Positions 8,955 through 18,531 of a stretch of DNA of 55,168 nt are shown here, piece after piece. The position numbers and the translations under genes are program-made. The stretch is from positions 1 to 55,168 of the IMG/VR virus record IMGVR_UViG_3300031673_000058; one strand, given 5' to 3'. The stretch is from a virus. Lineage: Duplodnaviria; Caudoviricetes. Position 1 is the stretch's first letter. Every line of letters starts with the position of its first letter. The notes beneath the pieces were generated by a model. It saw only the letters and a program-made list of their open reading frames with translations, did not search any database and was not told where the DNA came from.

Positions 8955-11651
8955 ATGAAGAAGAAAAAAGTGGAGCGGGGGCAACCTCTGGATGAGGTGA
9001 AGGGCAGCATCGACTATATGTTGATGCAAATCCGGCGCGATTTCCGGGCGCAGTTTGTCACGACAGACGAGTGGTGGCCGTGGATTCGGGAAATCTTCGC
9101 CGCGCACGTCATCGTCGAAAGCGAGGAGCTGCAACCAGAAGAATTCTACTTTGTCACGTATCAACGCGAGGGGGAGCGTTACGTGTTCGCGCCGCGTGAG
9201 CAGTGGGAGGTGGTGGAGCTGGCATACGTGCCGCAGACTACCGACCGCCCGATGCAGGAGAGCACGCAACGACAAAAATGGGTGGAAACGATCCCCACGG
9301 CGGTGCGGCTGTTGACCGAAGGGCAGCAACCTAATCCGAATGGACCATGGTTGATCGCGGGAATGGGAGTGACTGCCGACGTGGTGAACGCCAACGGGCG
9401 GCGATATCCGGGGCCGGTGCTGGAAGCAGCGCTGCGACGATTACGCAGTCATCTGAATGAAAGCGCCGGGCAAGGACGTCTCAAGGTTGAGGCGTCTTCA
9501 GTGGTGACGGGGGAAGCGGATCATCCGAACTCGAAGGGAAATCGGCATCCACTGTTGTTGGAGACCGTGGTCAATTGGACCGGGGTCGGGTTCGACGGCA
9601 AGCACGCGACGGTATCGGGCAAACTGTTGGGCACCAGCAACGGGCGGGATGTGCGCGCCATGATGGAGGGCGGCGTTATTCCGGGTATCAGTCAACGCGC
9701 TTACGGAGAATCTAAAATAGTGGAAGAGGATAGTCAGCAGATCGAGGAGGTGACGTGGTTGGAGATCACCGGTTACGATCTGACGGCTCCATACCAGCAG
9801 AGCGATCCGGAAGCGGGTGTGACGCTGTTTGAAAGTCAAAAGTCGAAAGTTGAAAGTCAAAAGTCAGGAGATGAGACTATGTTACTTGATTTGGAAAAGC
9901 TACGAAAAGAGTATCCCGACCTCGTGCGGGCAATCATCGAGGAACACGATGCGCAGAAGCGCGTCGAATTGGAGGAAGCCCTCCGCGCGAAGGCGGAGGA
10001 TGATGAGCACAAGCGCAAGTTGTTGGTCGAGCACGATCAAGAGCTGCGCAAGTTGCTTGGTTTGAACGAGACCGCCGACATCACCGAGGCGATGCGGATG
10101 CAGGCCGAGGAGCTGCTGAAGTTGCGCGAGGAGAAGCGCGCGCGGGAAGTGAGCGAGTACATCGAGTCGCAGACCAAAGACCTGCCCTACAACGAGGTGA
10201 TGAAGCGGGCGTTCGTCGAGGCGGTCAAGGCTGCCGCACCGAAAAGTGTGGATGAGGCGAAAGTTTTCATCGTTGCCAAGCGCAAGGAGTACGACGCGAT
10301 TCAGGCGCAATTGGTGTTGGAAAGCCGGGGCTACCACGGCGGGATACGAGTAATGGGGCCGGTCATCGAGAGCGAGTTGGGGATTCCGGCGTTTGCGCGC
10401 GCGGGGTGGGCGCTGCAAGAGAGCATGATGAACTCTGGCCTGCGCCGGTGGGATCACCGCAAGCCACTCACGGCGGCGGAGATTTTCGCGGCGAAGTATC
10501 TGGCGCGCTTCGATGAGGCCCACAAGGGGCATCTGTTGCGTGAGGCCAGACTTTTCGAGGAAGCGGAAATCGCTAACGATCTGAATCTGCCCTATAGCGT
10601 GAGCCGGGCTATCGTAGCCGAGGCCATTCCGATGTTGATCGCGGCAGATGTGTTTGCATTCGGGACAACCGACGTCAGCCCCTTCCGCCTCTACTACGAA
10701 GTCTTCTCCGGCGACACCGGTTACACGGGTACATCGACCAGCGAGACGGTGGTGGCAGATCTGGATACGTGGGTGGTGATGACCTATAAGCGACTCACCC
10801 CGGGCGCGGTGGTCGTGACCAACTCCGGCGTGACCGTGACTTACACCGAAGGCAGCGACTACGTCGTCGACTATGCCGGTGGGCGGTTGAAGGCGTTGAC
10901 CGGTGGGCTTATCGCCGACAGCCAATCCCTGCGGGCCACTTATAACTACACCGCCATCCGCAAGGGCGAGATGTCGCCCATCGAGCACGGCGAACTGAAC
11001 CTGACCTACAAGACGATGGACGCCGCTGCCGACCGGCTCGCGCAACAAATCAGCAACGAGGCGGTGGTCTTCAGCCGCTCGCAGCTTGGATGGGACGCCA
11101 CCCAGCGCACGCTGTCTACGCTTGTCTCGCAGATCCGGCGCAAGATCGACCAGGGCGCGCTGTATATGGGGCTGAGCGCCGCGTTGAGCGTCGCCAGCAA
11201 CATTTCCGGGACGTGGACCAGCGCGACCGACACGCTGGATGCCCTGGTCAAGCTGATCGGGCAGGCCAGCGTCAAGGTTTACAACCGCTTCTACACGCCG
11301 ACCGGCATCATCGCCAGCAGGACCAACGCCGATCTGATCAGCAACTGGAGCGGGTTCAAGCGTGACGGGTTCCCGGACGCGGTACTCAACGCCAATGGCT
11401 TCGTGGGGCGGATCAAGGGGTTGCCGTTGTTCGCCAGCACCGAGTTCAGCGATGGGTATCTGCTGGTCGCCAACCGGGAGTTGGTGATGCACTGGGTTTA
11501 CAGCCCGATGACGATCAAAGGGCCGTACCCGACCTACGATGTGAGCGGCGCTACGAGCAAGCTCCTGGCGGCAGATCAGTATTATGCCGAGGAGTACAAC
11601 GTGACCGATTCGCCGGTGGCGGAGAAGGGGGCGTTAGTGAAGATTGCTTAA
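8955..11651 (+). CDS. Fused prohead protease - scaffold - major capsid protein
   Basis: ADVVNANGRRYP, GEADHP and GISQRAYG protease motifs; charged coiled coil; C-terminal capsid-like region with a beta-rich insertion. Confidence 0.85.
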   Translation: MKKKKVERGQPLDEVKGSIDYMLMQIRRDFRAQFVTTDEWWPWIREIFAAHVIVESEELQPEEFYFVTYQREGERYVFAPREQWEVVELAYVPQTTDRPMQESTQRQKWVETIPTAVRLLTEGQQPNPNGPWLIAGMGVTADVVNANGRRYPGPVLEAALRRLRSHLNESAGQGRLKVEASSVVTGEADHPNSKGNRHPLLLETVVNWTGVGFDGKHATVSGKLLGTSNGRDVRAMMEGGVIPGISQRAYGESKIVEEDSQQIEEVTWLEITGYDLTAPYQQSDPEAGVTLFESQKSKVESQKSGDETMLLDLEKLRKEYPDLVRAIIEEHDAQKRVELEEALRAKAEDDEHKRKLLVEHDQELRKLLGLNETADITEAMRMQAEELLKLREEKRAREVSEYIESQTKDLPYNEVMKRAFVEAVKAAAPKSVDEAKVFIVAKRKEYDAIQAQLVLESRGYHGGIRVMGPVIESELGIPAFARAGWALQESMMNSGLRRWDHRKPLTAAEIFAAKYLARFDEAHKGHLLREARLFEEAEIANDLNLPYSVSRAIVAEAIPMLIAADVFAFGTTDVSPFRLYYEVFSGDTGYTGTSTSETVVADLDTWVVMTYKRLTPGAVVVTNSGVTVTYTEGSDYVVDYAGGRLKALTGGLIADSQSLRATYNYTAIRKGEMSPIEHGELNLTYKTMDAAADRLAQQISNEAVVFSRSQLGWDATQRTLSTLVSQIRRKIDQGALYMGLSAALSVASNISGTWTSATDTLDALVKLIGQASVKVYNRFYTPTGIIASRTNADLISNWSGFKRDGFPDAVLNANGFVGRIKGLPLFASTEFSDGYLLVANRELVMHWVYSPMTIKGPYPTYDVSGATSKLLAADQYYAEEYNVTDSPVAEKGALVKIA

Positions 11652-11656
11652 CCTCA

Positions 11657-11697
11657 CCCCCTGACCCCCTCTCCACACGTGGAGAGGGGGTCAGGGG
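11657..11697. repeat. REP-like GC-rich hairpin after the capsid gene
   Basis: CCCCTGACCCCCTCTCCAC...GTGGAGAGGGGGTCAGGGG. Confidence 0.7.
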
Positions 11698-11742
11698 ATC
11701 AGATCAGAAATCAAAAATCAGAAATTAGAGAGGAGACGAACG

Positions 11743-12315
11743 ATGAAACTGAAGCAAAGTTTAACCTGGGTTGGATTGATTGCGCTGGCATTGGTGGTGC
11801 TGCTGGCGGGGAGTGTGGCGGCCAGCCAGCCGGGTGAGCCGCTGCCGGGGACGGTGCAGGGGATTCGGGGGCCGAACATGTTCTGGAATGGTGCGGTGGT
11901 TGCGGGATCGACCGTGACCTACACCGATGCGCCGAAGACGGTTTTCGGCAGCGATATCAGCCTGATCTGGATGTATCACAGCGCGGACATCTTTGTGACC
12001 GCCGACATTTCGCCTTCTTCGTACATCACGATTACGCCACAATTCAGCGTAGATCAGAGCAACTGGGCGGATGCCACTTATACCTACGTAGCCAACACGC
12101 TGGCCCAGACTACGACCGTTGTGACCAGCACCGGCACGGCAACCTCGACGACATCCATGAGTTCGGCGGTGACCGAAGCGACGTATCAAATCACTATGAG
12201 CGCGGACGGCACGGATTATCTGCGAATTCCGTTGACCGGGAAGTATGTACGGTTCAAGATCGAGCACAGCAGCACAGTGACGCCAACGATCAGCGTGATG
12301 TTGCGGAACGACTAA
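11743..12315 (+). CDS. Thr/Ser-rich beta protein with a signal peptide
   Basis: MKLKQSLTWVGLIALALVVLLAGSVAA; RBS AGGAG. Confidence 0.75.
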   Translation: MKLKQSLTWVGLIALALVVLLAGSVAASQPGEPLPGTVQGIRGPNMFWNGAVVAGSTVTYTDAPKTVFGSDISLIWMYHSADIFVTADISPSSYITITPQFSVDQSNWADATYTYVANTLAQTTTVVTSTGTATSTTSMSSAVTEATYQITMSADGTDYLRIPLTGKYVRFKIEHSSTVTPTISVMLRND

Positions 12316-12387
12316 CACGGTAGACGGTAGATGGTAAACGGAAGACAGGGGCGGGGTCACCTGCCCCTGTTTATGCAGGAGGGCAAT

Positions 12388-12642
12388 ATGGCAAAAGTGA
12401 AGGTGTTGCAGCGACGGGTGGTGGCACATCGATGGCGCGATGTGGACGACGTGGTAGAGGTGGACGAGTACACGGCGCGACAGATGGTCGACGATGACCC
12501 GGAGGCGTTTGTGTGGCTGGATCGCCCGGTGCAGCAGTTCGTGGACGTGGTGGAACCTGCGCCGGTGGACGACAATCCGGCGGCGCTTCCAGCACGCCGG
12601 CGCAGCAGGAAGGCGGAGGCAAATGATAAACGCGCAGGGTAA
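12388..12642 (+). CDS. Small head-associated hypothetical protein
   Basis: RBS AGGAGG; position after the capsid gene. Confidence 0.55.
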   Translation: MAKVKVLQRRVVAHRWRDVDDVVEVDEYTARQMVDDDPEAFVWLDRPVQQFVDVVEPAPVDDNPAALPARRRSRKAEANDKRAG

Positions 12643-12931
12643 GATGCAGGTTTATGAAGCACCTTTTGTGGCGGTGGGAGCACACACGAAAAATGCTGCT
12701 CTCAGCAGCACGGTGACGCTGACTGCGCCGGCGGGGGTCAATGCGCTCAAGATCCAGGTGGAGACGAAAGCCGTGAGATACCGATTGGATGGGACTGCGC
12801 CGGATGCGACGACCGGTTTTTCGATCTCCGCCGGTACATCGATCATTATTCCGATCAGCCCGGGCGGGGTGATCAAGATCATCGAAGAGGACGTCTCGGC
12901 AACTGTGCAATACCAGTGGGGGACGGTGTGA
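12623..12931 (+). CDS. Hypothetical structural protein (beta-rich)
   Basis: RBS GGAGG; VRYRLDGTAPDATTGF motif. Confidence 0.6.
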   Translation: MINAQGKMQVYEAPFVAVGAHTKNAALSSTVTLTAPAGVNALKIQVETKAVRYRLDGTAPDATTGFSISAGTSIIIPISPGGVIKIIEEDVSATVQYQWGTV

Positions 12932-13593
12932 GCATCGCACTCGATGACCTGGTGACGCGGTTGCAGGCCGACGTACTGGCGCGTGGCGGTGTGCCTTCCT
13001 CGGCGCAGTACGAGTACGCGGTCAAGGACGCGGTGGCGGATTATGCGCGGCGGCGTCCGATGACGCTGATTGCGATGCTGGCAGTGGTCAGCGGGACGGC
13101 GACCTACGCGCTCCCCGATGATTTCCAGTTTCTCATCAAGTTGGATGATTTTACCGCGCGGGATGGCATCATCCACACGGCGGCGGGGATCGTGCCGCTG
13201 TCGAGCAACTGGAACGAGCGATATACGGTGAACGGGTTGACGATCACGTTCACACCGACGCCGAATTACACGCTGAGCCGCACGCTGCGCTACGTGGCGG
13301 GGCACGTGTTGAACTCCAGCGAGGTATATCCCTATCTCACGGATGAGGATGCGGGAGTAGTGCTACTGAAGGCGCAGGCTATCGCGCTGCGCAAGCAAGC
13401 GCTGGCAGCGGTGACGGCCTCCACCGGCGAGATCGTGGAATACGCGATTGGCGACGAACGGGTGAAGAAGGCGACTTCCTCTGATAGTTTGAAGGCAATG
13501 GCGGTGGCATTGGAATCCGAGTATCTGGAAACCGTCGCCGGTGGGTCTACGGGCAGCCGGGCGCGCTACGATAGTCTGGGGCTGCTGATATGA
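12928..13593 (+). CDS. Head-tail adaptor-like protein
   Basis: GTATYALPDDF; YAIGDERV; position. Confidence 0.6.
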   Translation: MSIALDDLVTRLQADVLARGGVPSSAQYEYAVKDAVADYARRRPMTLIAMLAVVSGTATYALPDDFQFLIKLDDFTARDGIIHTAAGIVPLSSNWNERYTVNGLTITFTPTPNYTLSRTLRYVAGHVLNSSEVYPYLTDEDAGVVLLKAQAIALRKQALAAVTASTGEIVEYAIGDERVKKATSSDSLKAMAVALESEYLETVAGGSTGSRARYDSLGLLI

Positions 13594-13988
13594 TGGATTG
13601 TACAATTTACGATTTGCCGGTCAGTATGGATGATTTCACTACCAGAGTTCTTACAGCAAATTCATCCGATGGGGGAATCGTTGGATTTGCAGAGTTATCA
13701 CAGCTAGACTCTGAGTTTGTATGGATTGATCGACTATTTGTAGATCCAAAACATCGTCGTGTTGGTGTTGGATCTAGCTTGATAGCGACAATTAAAAGAT
13801 TTGCCAGCGTACTCGGTAAAGGTGTTTGCCTCGGCGTTAAATGTACAAATGAAGTTGCTATCAAATTTTATGAAAAAGTCGGTTTCCGGCGCGTGTATCA
13901 GTATGCTGATAGAGGTACATATATGTATGGCTGGTCTGGCGATACACGTGTAGATGGAACCGACGGAGTTGCTGATAGGGCTAAATGA
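13590..13988 (+). CDS. GNAT acetyltransferase (AT-rich insertion)
   Basis: LFVDPKHRRVGVGSSL; NEVAIKFYEKVGF. Confidence 0.85.
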   Translation: MMDCTIYDLPVSMDDFTTRVLTANSSDGGIVGFAELSQLDSEFVWIDRLFVDPKHRRVGVGSSLIATIKRFASVLGKGVCLGVKCTNEVAIKFYEKVGFRRVYQYADRGTYMYGWSGDTRVDGTDGVADRAK

Positions 13989-14004
13989 CCAGGAGTGGTA
14001 ACAG

Positions 14005-14319
14005 ATGATGGATTGGATGCAGGCGGCGACAGACCTGGCGGCGGTGCGCGGCGACAACGCGCAAAGCATCACGATCCGGCGCGGGGGAACGACGCTGGCG
14101 GCGCAGAGCGCGCGTATCGCACGGATGGGCGGCGGCAGCGTGCAGCAGGACGGTCAGGCCCGGGCCAGCCGAGGGCGCATCGTCGTATTATTTGGAATGA
14201 CCGGCAATGTGCAACCAGGGGATCGCTTCAACGATAGCACGGGGCTGTTGTATGAGGTGGTCATTGTCAGGCCGAATCAACGCGCGGCGGTGGTGGCCGA
14301 GGCCGAGGTGGTGCAATAG
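14005..14319 (+). CDS. Head closure-like protein
   Basis: Beta-rich ~100 aa; VQPGDRF; position. Confidence 0.55.
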   Translation: MMDWMQAATDLAAVRGDNAQSITIRRGGTTLAAQSARIARMGGGSVQQDGQARASRGRIVVLFGMTGNVQPGDRFNDSTGLLYEVVIVRPNQRAAVVAEAEVVQ

Positions 14320-14347
14320 AGCAGGATGGGGAGGATGGTAGGATAGG

Positions 14348-14788
14348 ATGGGGAGTGCTCTCAAGTTTCGGTGGGTGAAACGGCCTAAGAAGATTCAGGA
14401 GCGCATTGAGCAGGAGTTCGGCGACGGCGGGCGGCTGTTCGTGGCGCTGCACGCGGTCGCGGCGCACTGGGGCTTGTCGGTGCAGAACGCGGCGCGCAGC
14501 GGGGCGAAGTGGGAAGACCGCACGGGTAACGCGCGCAGTGGTTTGTTCTTCGCGGTTGATGGTTTTGGGATGCCGGCGATCACCGGCATAGTCAAAGTCG
14601 ATCCCTCGCTGAAGACGGACACGGCGACGATTAGCGGAACTAAGCAGCGGTTGGTCGTCACGTTGGGTCACACGGTCTTTTACGGGAAGTTCCTGGAACT
14701 CAATGCACGCTATGGTATTGTGATGAGCACGCTGGAGAGCAATTTATCACGCCTGGAAGCGATGATGCGGGGGTTATTAAAAACATGA
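14348..14788 (+). CDS. HK97 gp10-like tail completion protein
   Basis: AKWEDRTGNARSGL; YGKFLEL. Confidence 0.75.
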   Translation: MGSALKFRWVKRPKKIQERIEQEFGDGGRLFVALHAVAAHWGLSVQNAARSGAKWEDRTGNARSGLFFAVDGFGMPAITGIVKVDPSLKTDTATISGTKQRLVVTLGHTVFYGKFLELNARYGIVMSTLESNLSRLEAMMRGLLKT

Positions 14789-16098
14789 GCCTGGCAAACC
14801 AGATCACGCAGTTGTGGCAGAAGTGGCTGACCCGCGACCGTGGCGAGCAGACCACGAGCGAGCCGCGTTCCAAGCCTAGCGTGGGAGACGAGTTGACACG
14901 CCTGAGCGCCGATCGCGCGCGTCAAGCGATTATCGAGACGTGCCGGAAGATGTACGACGAGGATCCGCGCGCGGACGATGTGCTACACACGTTGGCGCGG
15001 GATATGGTGGGCGCGGGGTTCACGGTGACGACGGGCAACGCCGCCGCCGACCAGGTGGCCGCCGATCTGCTGACGCGGCTCGATCTGGTCTCACGGCTCG
15101 ACGACTGGATCAGACTCAGCGCACGCGACGGCGACTCGTTTCTCGAAGTGGAGATCAGCGAATCGCGGGAGATCGTCGGGGTGACGCGCAAGCCGACGAT
15201 TGAAATGCACCGCAATTCAAATCGGCAGGATCAGTTCGACGATCCGGCGCGGGCGTTTTGGTGGAGCGACGCGCCCTATCAAACCGGGCTGAAGCCGCCG
15301 AGCGATGCGCTGTGGTTTGCGGAATGGCAAATCATCCACGCGCGGTGGAGCCACGACGAGGGGCAACGCTACGGGCGGCCCCTCTTCAGGAGCGCGACCG
15401 GCGTGTGGAAACGGATCACTGAGGGGGAGCACGACGTCGCCACCCGGCGCAAGACGCGTGCGGGGATGAAATATAATCACCAGTTCCCTGTAGGAACGTC
15501 GGCCCAGGAGATTGAGGGGTACAAGGTGCTCAATGCCGACATTCTGGATAGCCCATTGGCCGCGATTCAGGACTTCTTCGGCACGGCAGAGATCAAGACG
15601 GTCGAGGGTGACGCGCGACTCGGTGAGATCGGGGACATTCTCCATCACGTCCGCACCTGGTGGCTGGCCTCACCAGTGCCGATGTCGCTCCTGGGCTACG
15701 GGCAGGATTTGAACCGCGACGTTCTCCAGGAGCAGAAGGAGCAGTACGACGAGACCCTGGAAACGCTGCGGCCCTGGACCGAGAAAGAGATTCTGCGCCC
15801 GTTATTTGCGTTGGCGTGGTTGCTGGCGGGAATTTTGCCGGATATGCTGACGGTCGAGTATCACTGGAAGGCAAAGAAGGTATTAAAACCGGCTGACCTG
15901 CGCGACATCGCCGAGGCCGGGGTGCGGCTGCGCGCGTTAGGTCTGCCAGACGCGGCAGTGTGGTTGTTGATGCAGCGTTTCCTGCCGGATGTGGAATGGG
16001 ATACGCTGCTGACGCCGACCGGCGACGCGGCAGAGGGTGCGCCGGACGTGGCGGCAAATTCGGCCGATCGATTACTGGCGAGGGTGAATGGCGAATAA
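14785..16098 (+). CDS. Portal protein
   Basis: 437 aa; RDGDSFLEV, WQIIHARW, YGRPLF, PVPMSLLG. Confidence 0.8.
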   Translation: MSLANQITQLWQKWLTRDRGEQTTSEPRSKPSVGDELTRLSADRARQAIIETCRKMYDEDPRADDVLHTLARDMVGAGFTVTTGNAAADQVAADLLTRLDLVSRLDDWIRLSARDGDSFLEVEISESREIVGVTRKPTIEMHRNSNRQDQFDDPARAFWWSDAPYQTGLKPPSDALWFAEWQIIHARWSHDEGQRYGRPLFRSATGVWKRITEGEHDVATRRKTRAGMKYNHQFPVGTSAQEIEGYKVLNADILDSPLAAIQDFFGTAEIKTVEGDARLGEIGDILHHVRTWWLASPVPMSLLGYGQDLNRDVLQEQKEQYDETLETLRPWTEKEILRPLFALAWLLAGILPDMLTVEYHWKAKKVLKPADLRDIAEAGVRLRALGLPDAAVWLLMQRFLPDVEWDTLLTPTGDAAEGAPDVAANSADRLLARVNGE

Positions 16099-17314
16099 AA
16101 AGACGCTAGCCGATATTCCGAGCAATTTGGCGGGAGACGCGCAGCAAGCCGGGCTGATGCGGCTGCACCTTTACTTTGTGGGGCAGACGCACCAACGGTT
16201 GAACGCGCTGGCGACGGAGTTCCGCGCGATTGCGATGCAGCACGCCGACGAGGAGGGGATGCTCAACGATCTGGGACTGTTGTTCGCGCAACGGGATATG
16301 CTGGCGGCCTGGCAGACGTTTTATCGCGGCTGGCAGGCGCTCTTCGAGGCGGCGCGCTGGCAGGCGGGAAGCCTGGCTTACGGCGGCCTGGCGGTTCTGC
16401 ACCGGGGGGCGAGCGAATTAGCGAATCAGCAAATGAGCGAATCGGTAAATCAGCGATTCAGTGAAGGGGTGAATCGCCAATTCTTGGAAATGGTGGAGGA
16501 GCCGGATTTTGACGCGGTGTTCAGACCGCAGTTGCAGGAGGTGCTGGACGCGGCGAATCGCCGGTTGTATGGCGATGGGCTGACGCTAAGCCAGAGGATC
16601 TGGAATCAGGATCAACAATCTTGGAATGGCATCCGCGCGACCCTGATGCAGGGCGTCGCCGAGGGGAACAGCGCGTGGAATGTGGCGAAGCAATTGGAGC
16701 AGTATCTCGGCGGGGGACGTGATTGTCCCAGATGGACCAGCACGCGCTTGTACGCGCGGACGAAGCAGGATATCGCCAGCGGGGACCGGACCGGGCTGTA
16801 CAGCGGCACGGCCTGCGCGGGGCAAGGGGTGGCGTACAACGCGCTGCGCCTGGCGCGAAATGAGTTCCAGGTCGTGCATCACATGGCGACGGATGACATT
16901 TTCAGCAAGATGCCCTGGGTAGAGAAAGAAGCGATCAATCTCAGCCCCAGTCACCCGGATATTTTTTGCGCGTGTGAGGACGTCGTCGTCAACGGGGAGG
17001 ATGGTACCAATGTCTACCCAAAGGGCGAGATCAGCCTGCCGATTCACGTGCAATGCCTGTGCTATAAGACTGCGGTGCTGATGGATGACGCGGCTTTTGT
17101 AGATAAGACACGCGGCTGGTTGAACGGGACGCAGCCCTGGGGTGCGATGGACGATTACGCCTCGTGGTTAGGCGTGATGCCGCAGAATATGTTCGCGACG
17201 AGTCTGGCCGTGGGGATTGCGAACGATCTGGTTGTGTGGCTGTGGGGCGACGAAGAGGACTTGGAGGCGCTGCTCGGCGATCAGACGGTGCAGTTGCCGT
17301 TCCCGGAAGATTGA
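16088..17314 (+). CDS. Minor head protein, MuF/SPP1 gp7-like
   Basis: LSQRIW, YNALRLARNE, PIHVQCLC. Confidence 0.8.
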   Translation: MANKKTLADIPSNLAGDAQQAGLMRLHLYFVGQTHQRLNALATEFRAIAMQHADEEGMLNDLGLLFAQRDMLAAWQTFYRGWQALFEAARWQAGSLAYGGLAVLHRGASELANQQMSESVNQRFSEGVNRQFLEMVEEPDFDAVFRPQLQEVLDAANRRLYGDGLTLSQRIWNQDQQSWNGIRATLMQGVAEGNSAWNVAKQLEQYLGGGRDCPRWTSTRLYARTKQDIASGDRTGLYSGTACAGQGVAYNALRLARNEFQVVHHMATDDIFSKMPWVEKEAINLSPSHPDIFCACEDVVVNGEDGTNVYPKGEISLPIHVQCLCYKTAVLMDDAAFVDKTRGWLNGTQPWGAMDDYASWLGVMPQNMFATSLAVGIANDLVVWLWGDEEDLEALLGDQTVQLPFPED

Positions 17315-17334
17315 AGATTGGGAGATTGGGAGAT

Positions 17335-17434
17335 TTAACGGGCGTTTTGTAGAGTGATTACGCGCGTATTCAATGGGCGAAACGCGGGGTATACGGTATA
17401 GAAATGACGGTTAAAGCGGATTAACAGAAACTAT
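17335..17434. other. Tripartite site 2
   Basis: TTAACGGGCGTTTT ... GAAATGACGGTTAA-agcgga-TTAACAGAAACTAT; 80-bp unit 17335-17414. Confidence 0.85.
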
Positions 17435-17882
17435 GATAATTCTACTTGGTTGCGGGAATGATTTCAGGCCGGGGTGTGTGCATGTGGACCGGGTGGCATT
17501 GGGACACGTGGACGTGGTTCACGATTTGAATATTATGCCCTGGCCGTTTGGCGACGATGTGGCGGAGAGGATTGAGGCTATAGATGTGTTGGAGCACCTG
17601 GATAACACCGTCGCCGTTATGGACGAGTGCTGGCGCATTCTTCAGCCCTCCGGTGTGTTGCACGTCCAGGCGGTGGGGTGGCAGAGCGAGAATCTGTGGC
17701 GCGATCCCACGCACAAGCGCGGGTTTCATCCCGATACGTTTTTGTATTTCGATCCTGAGAGTTCATGGCATCAGTCTTATGGGCGTTTGTATACCGAACG
17801 CGCGTGGGAGGTTCTCTGGCGGGATGTGCGCGACGGGAATGTGGTGGCGGAGATGAGGCCCAGGAAAAAAGATCATAGATAG
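17433..17882 (+). CDS. Class I SAM-dependent methyltransferase
   Basis: LGCG, DVVHDLN..PWPF, VLEHL, WRILQPSG, DPTH. Confidence 0.85.
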   Translation: MIILLGCGNDFRPGCVHVDRVALGHVDVVHDLNIMPWPFGDDVAERIEAIDVLEHLDNTVAVMDECWRILQPSGVLHVQAVGWQSENLWRDPTHKRGFHPDTFLYFDPESSWHQSYGRLYTERAWEVLWRDVRDGNVVAEMRPRKKDHR

Positions 17883-17896
17883 GAGAAATACACGAT

Positions 17897-18067
17897 ATGG
17901 AATATTTGAAAAATCGTTTCTACATTCGCGGTCTAACCCCACTGGGGATTTTTAATACCATCACCGGCTGCATTTTTAATCGTGTGGTTGTTTTACACAA
18001 AGACCGGGATGGAGTAATTCTGGACTGGCACATCGGGCGCGGAACAGATTTTCCGCCCGCTGATTAA
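17897..18067 (+). CDS. Small hypothetical protein (56 aa)
   Basis: Manually translated ORF behind the AGGAG of the linker repeat. Confidence 0.35.
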   Translation: MEYLKNRFYIRGLTPLGIFNTITGCIFNRVVVLHKDRDGVILDWHIGRGTDFPPAD

Positions 18068-18069
18068 CA

Positions 18070-18480
18070 ATGCGTGACACGCTTAGAGACTTCTTGGCGG
18101 CGGATACGACGACGCTGATGGCTACACTCACCGGCGGGCTGTATACCGCGACGGAGATCTCGCGGCAGTTGACGCCCAGCGCCTTTGACGCCAACGACGA
18201 AATTAAACCGTGCGCGCTATTGACATTGGAGGCCGAAGATCCGGTGGGGCCGTTTGCGACCAGCTCACGGCTCTTTGTGCTAGTGTATTTCTACGAGCGC
18301 CAGGGATACACGAACATCGACGCGGCCAGAGGTCGGGTGTACGCGCTGCTGCACCGGCAGCGGATCAGCAGCAGCGGGATGTGGGAGATGCGGCACGTGG
18401 GTGATGTGCCGGACCAGCGCGATGCAGTGCTAAACTGCGCATTGGCATTGAGCCGCTATCAAGTGACGCGATTGAGGTAA
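18070..18480 (+). CDS. Tail terminator-like protein
   Basis: Size, alternating alpha/beta pattern, position before the tail tube. Confidence 0.6.
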   Translation: MRDTLRDFLAADTTTLMATLTGGLYTATEISRQLTPSAFDANDEIKPCALLTLEAEDPVGPFATSSRLFVLVYFYERQGYTNIDAARGRVYALLHRQRISSSGMWEMRHVGDVPDQRDAVLNCALALSRYQVTRLR

Positions 18481-18531
18481 GAACAGGTGCAGCGCACTTC
18501 GGAAAGTGCAACGCACCTAGTGGAGGTGGGA

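Noticed and set aside
9900-11492. 530-aa minus-strand ORF and similar long antisense ORFs
   Set aside because: Shadows of GC-rich coding genes on the opposite strand, with no recognisable motifs.
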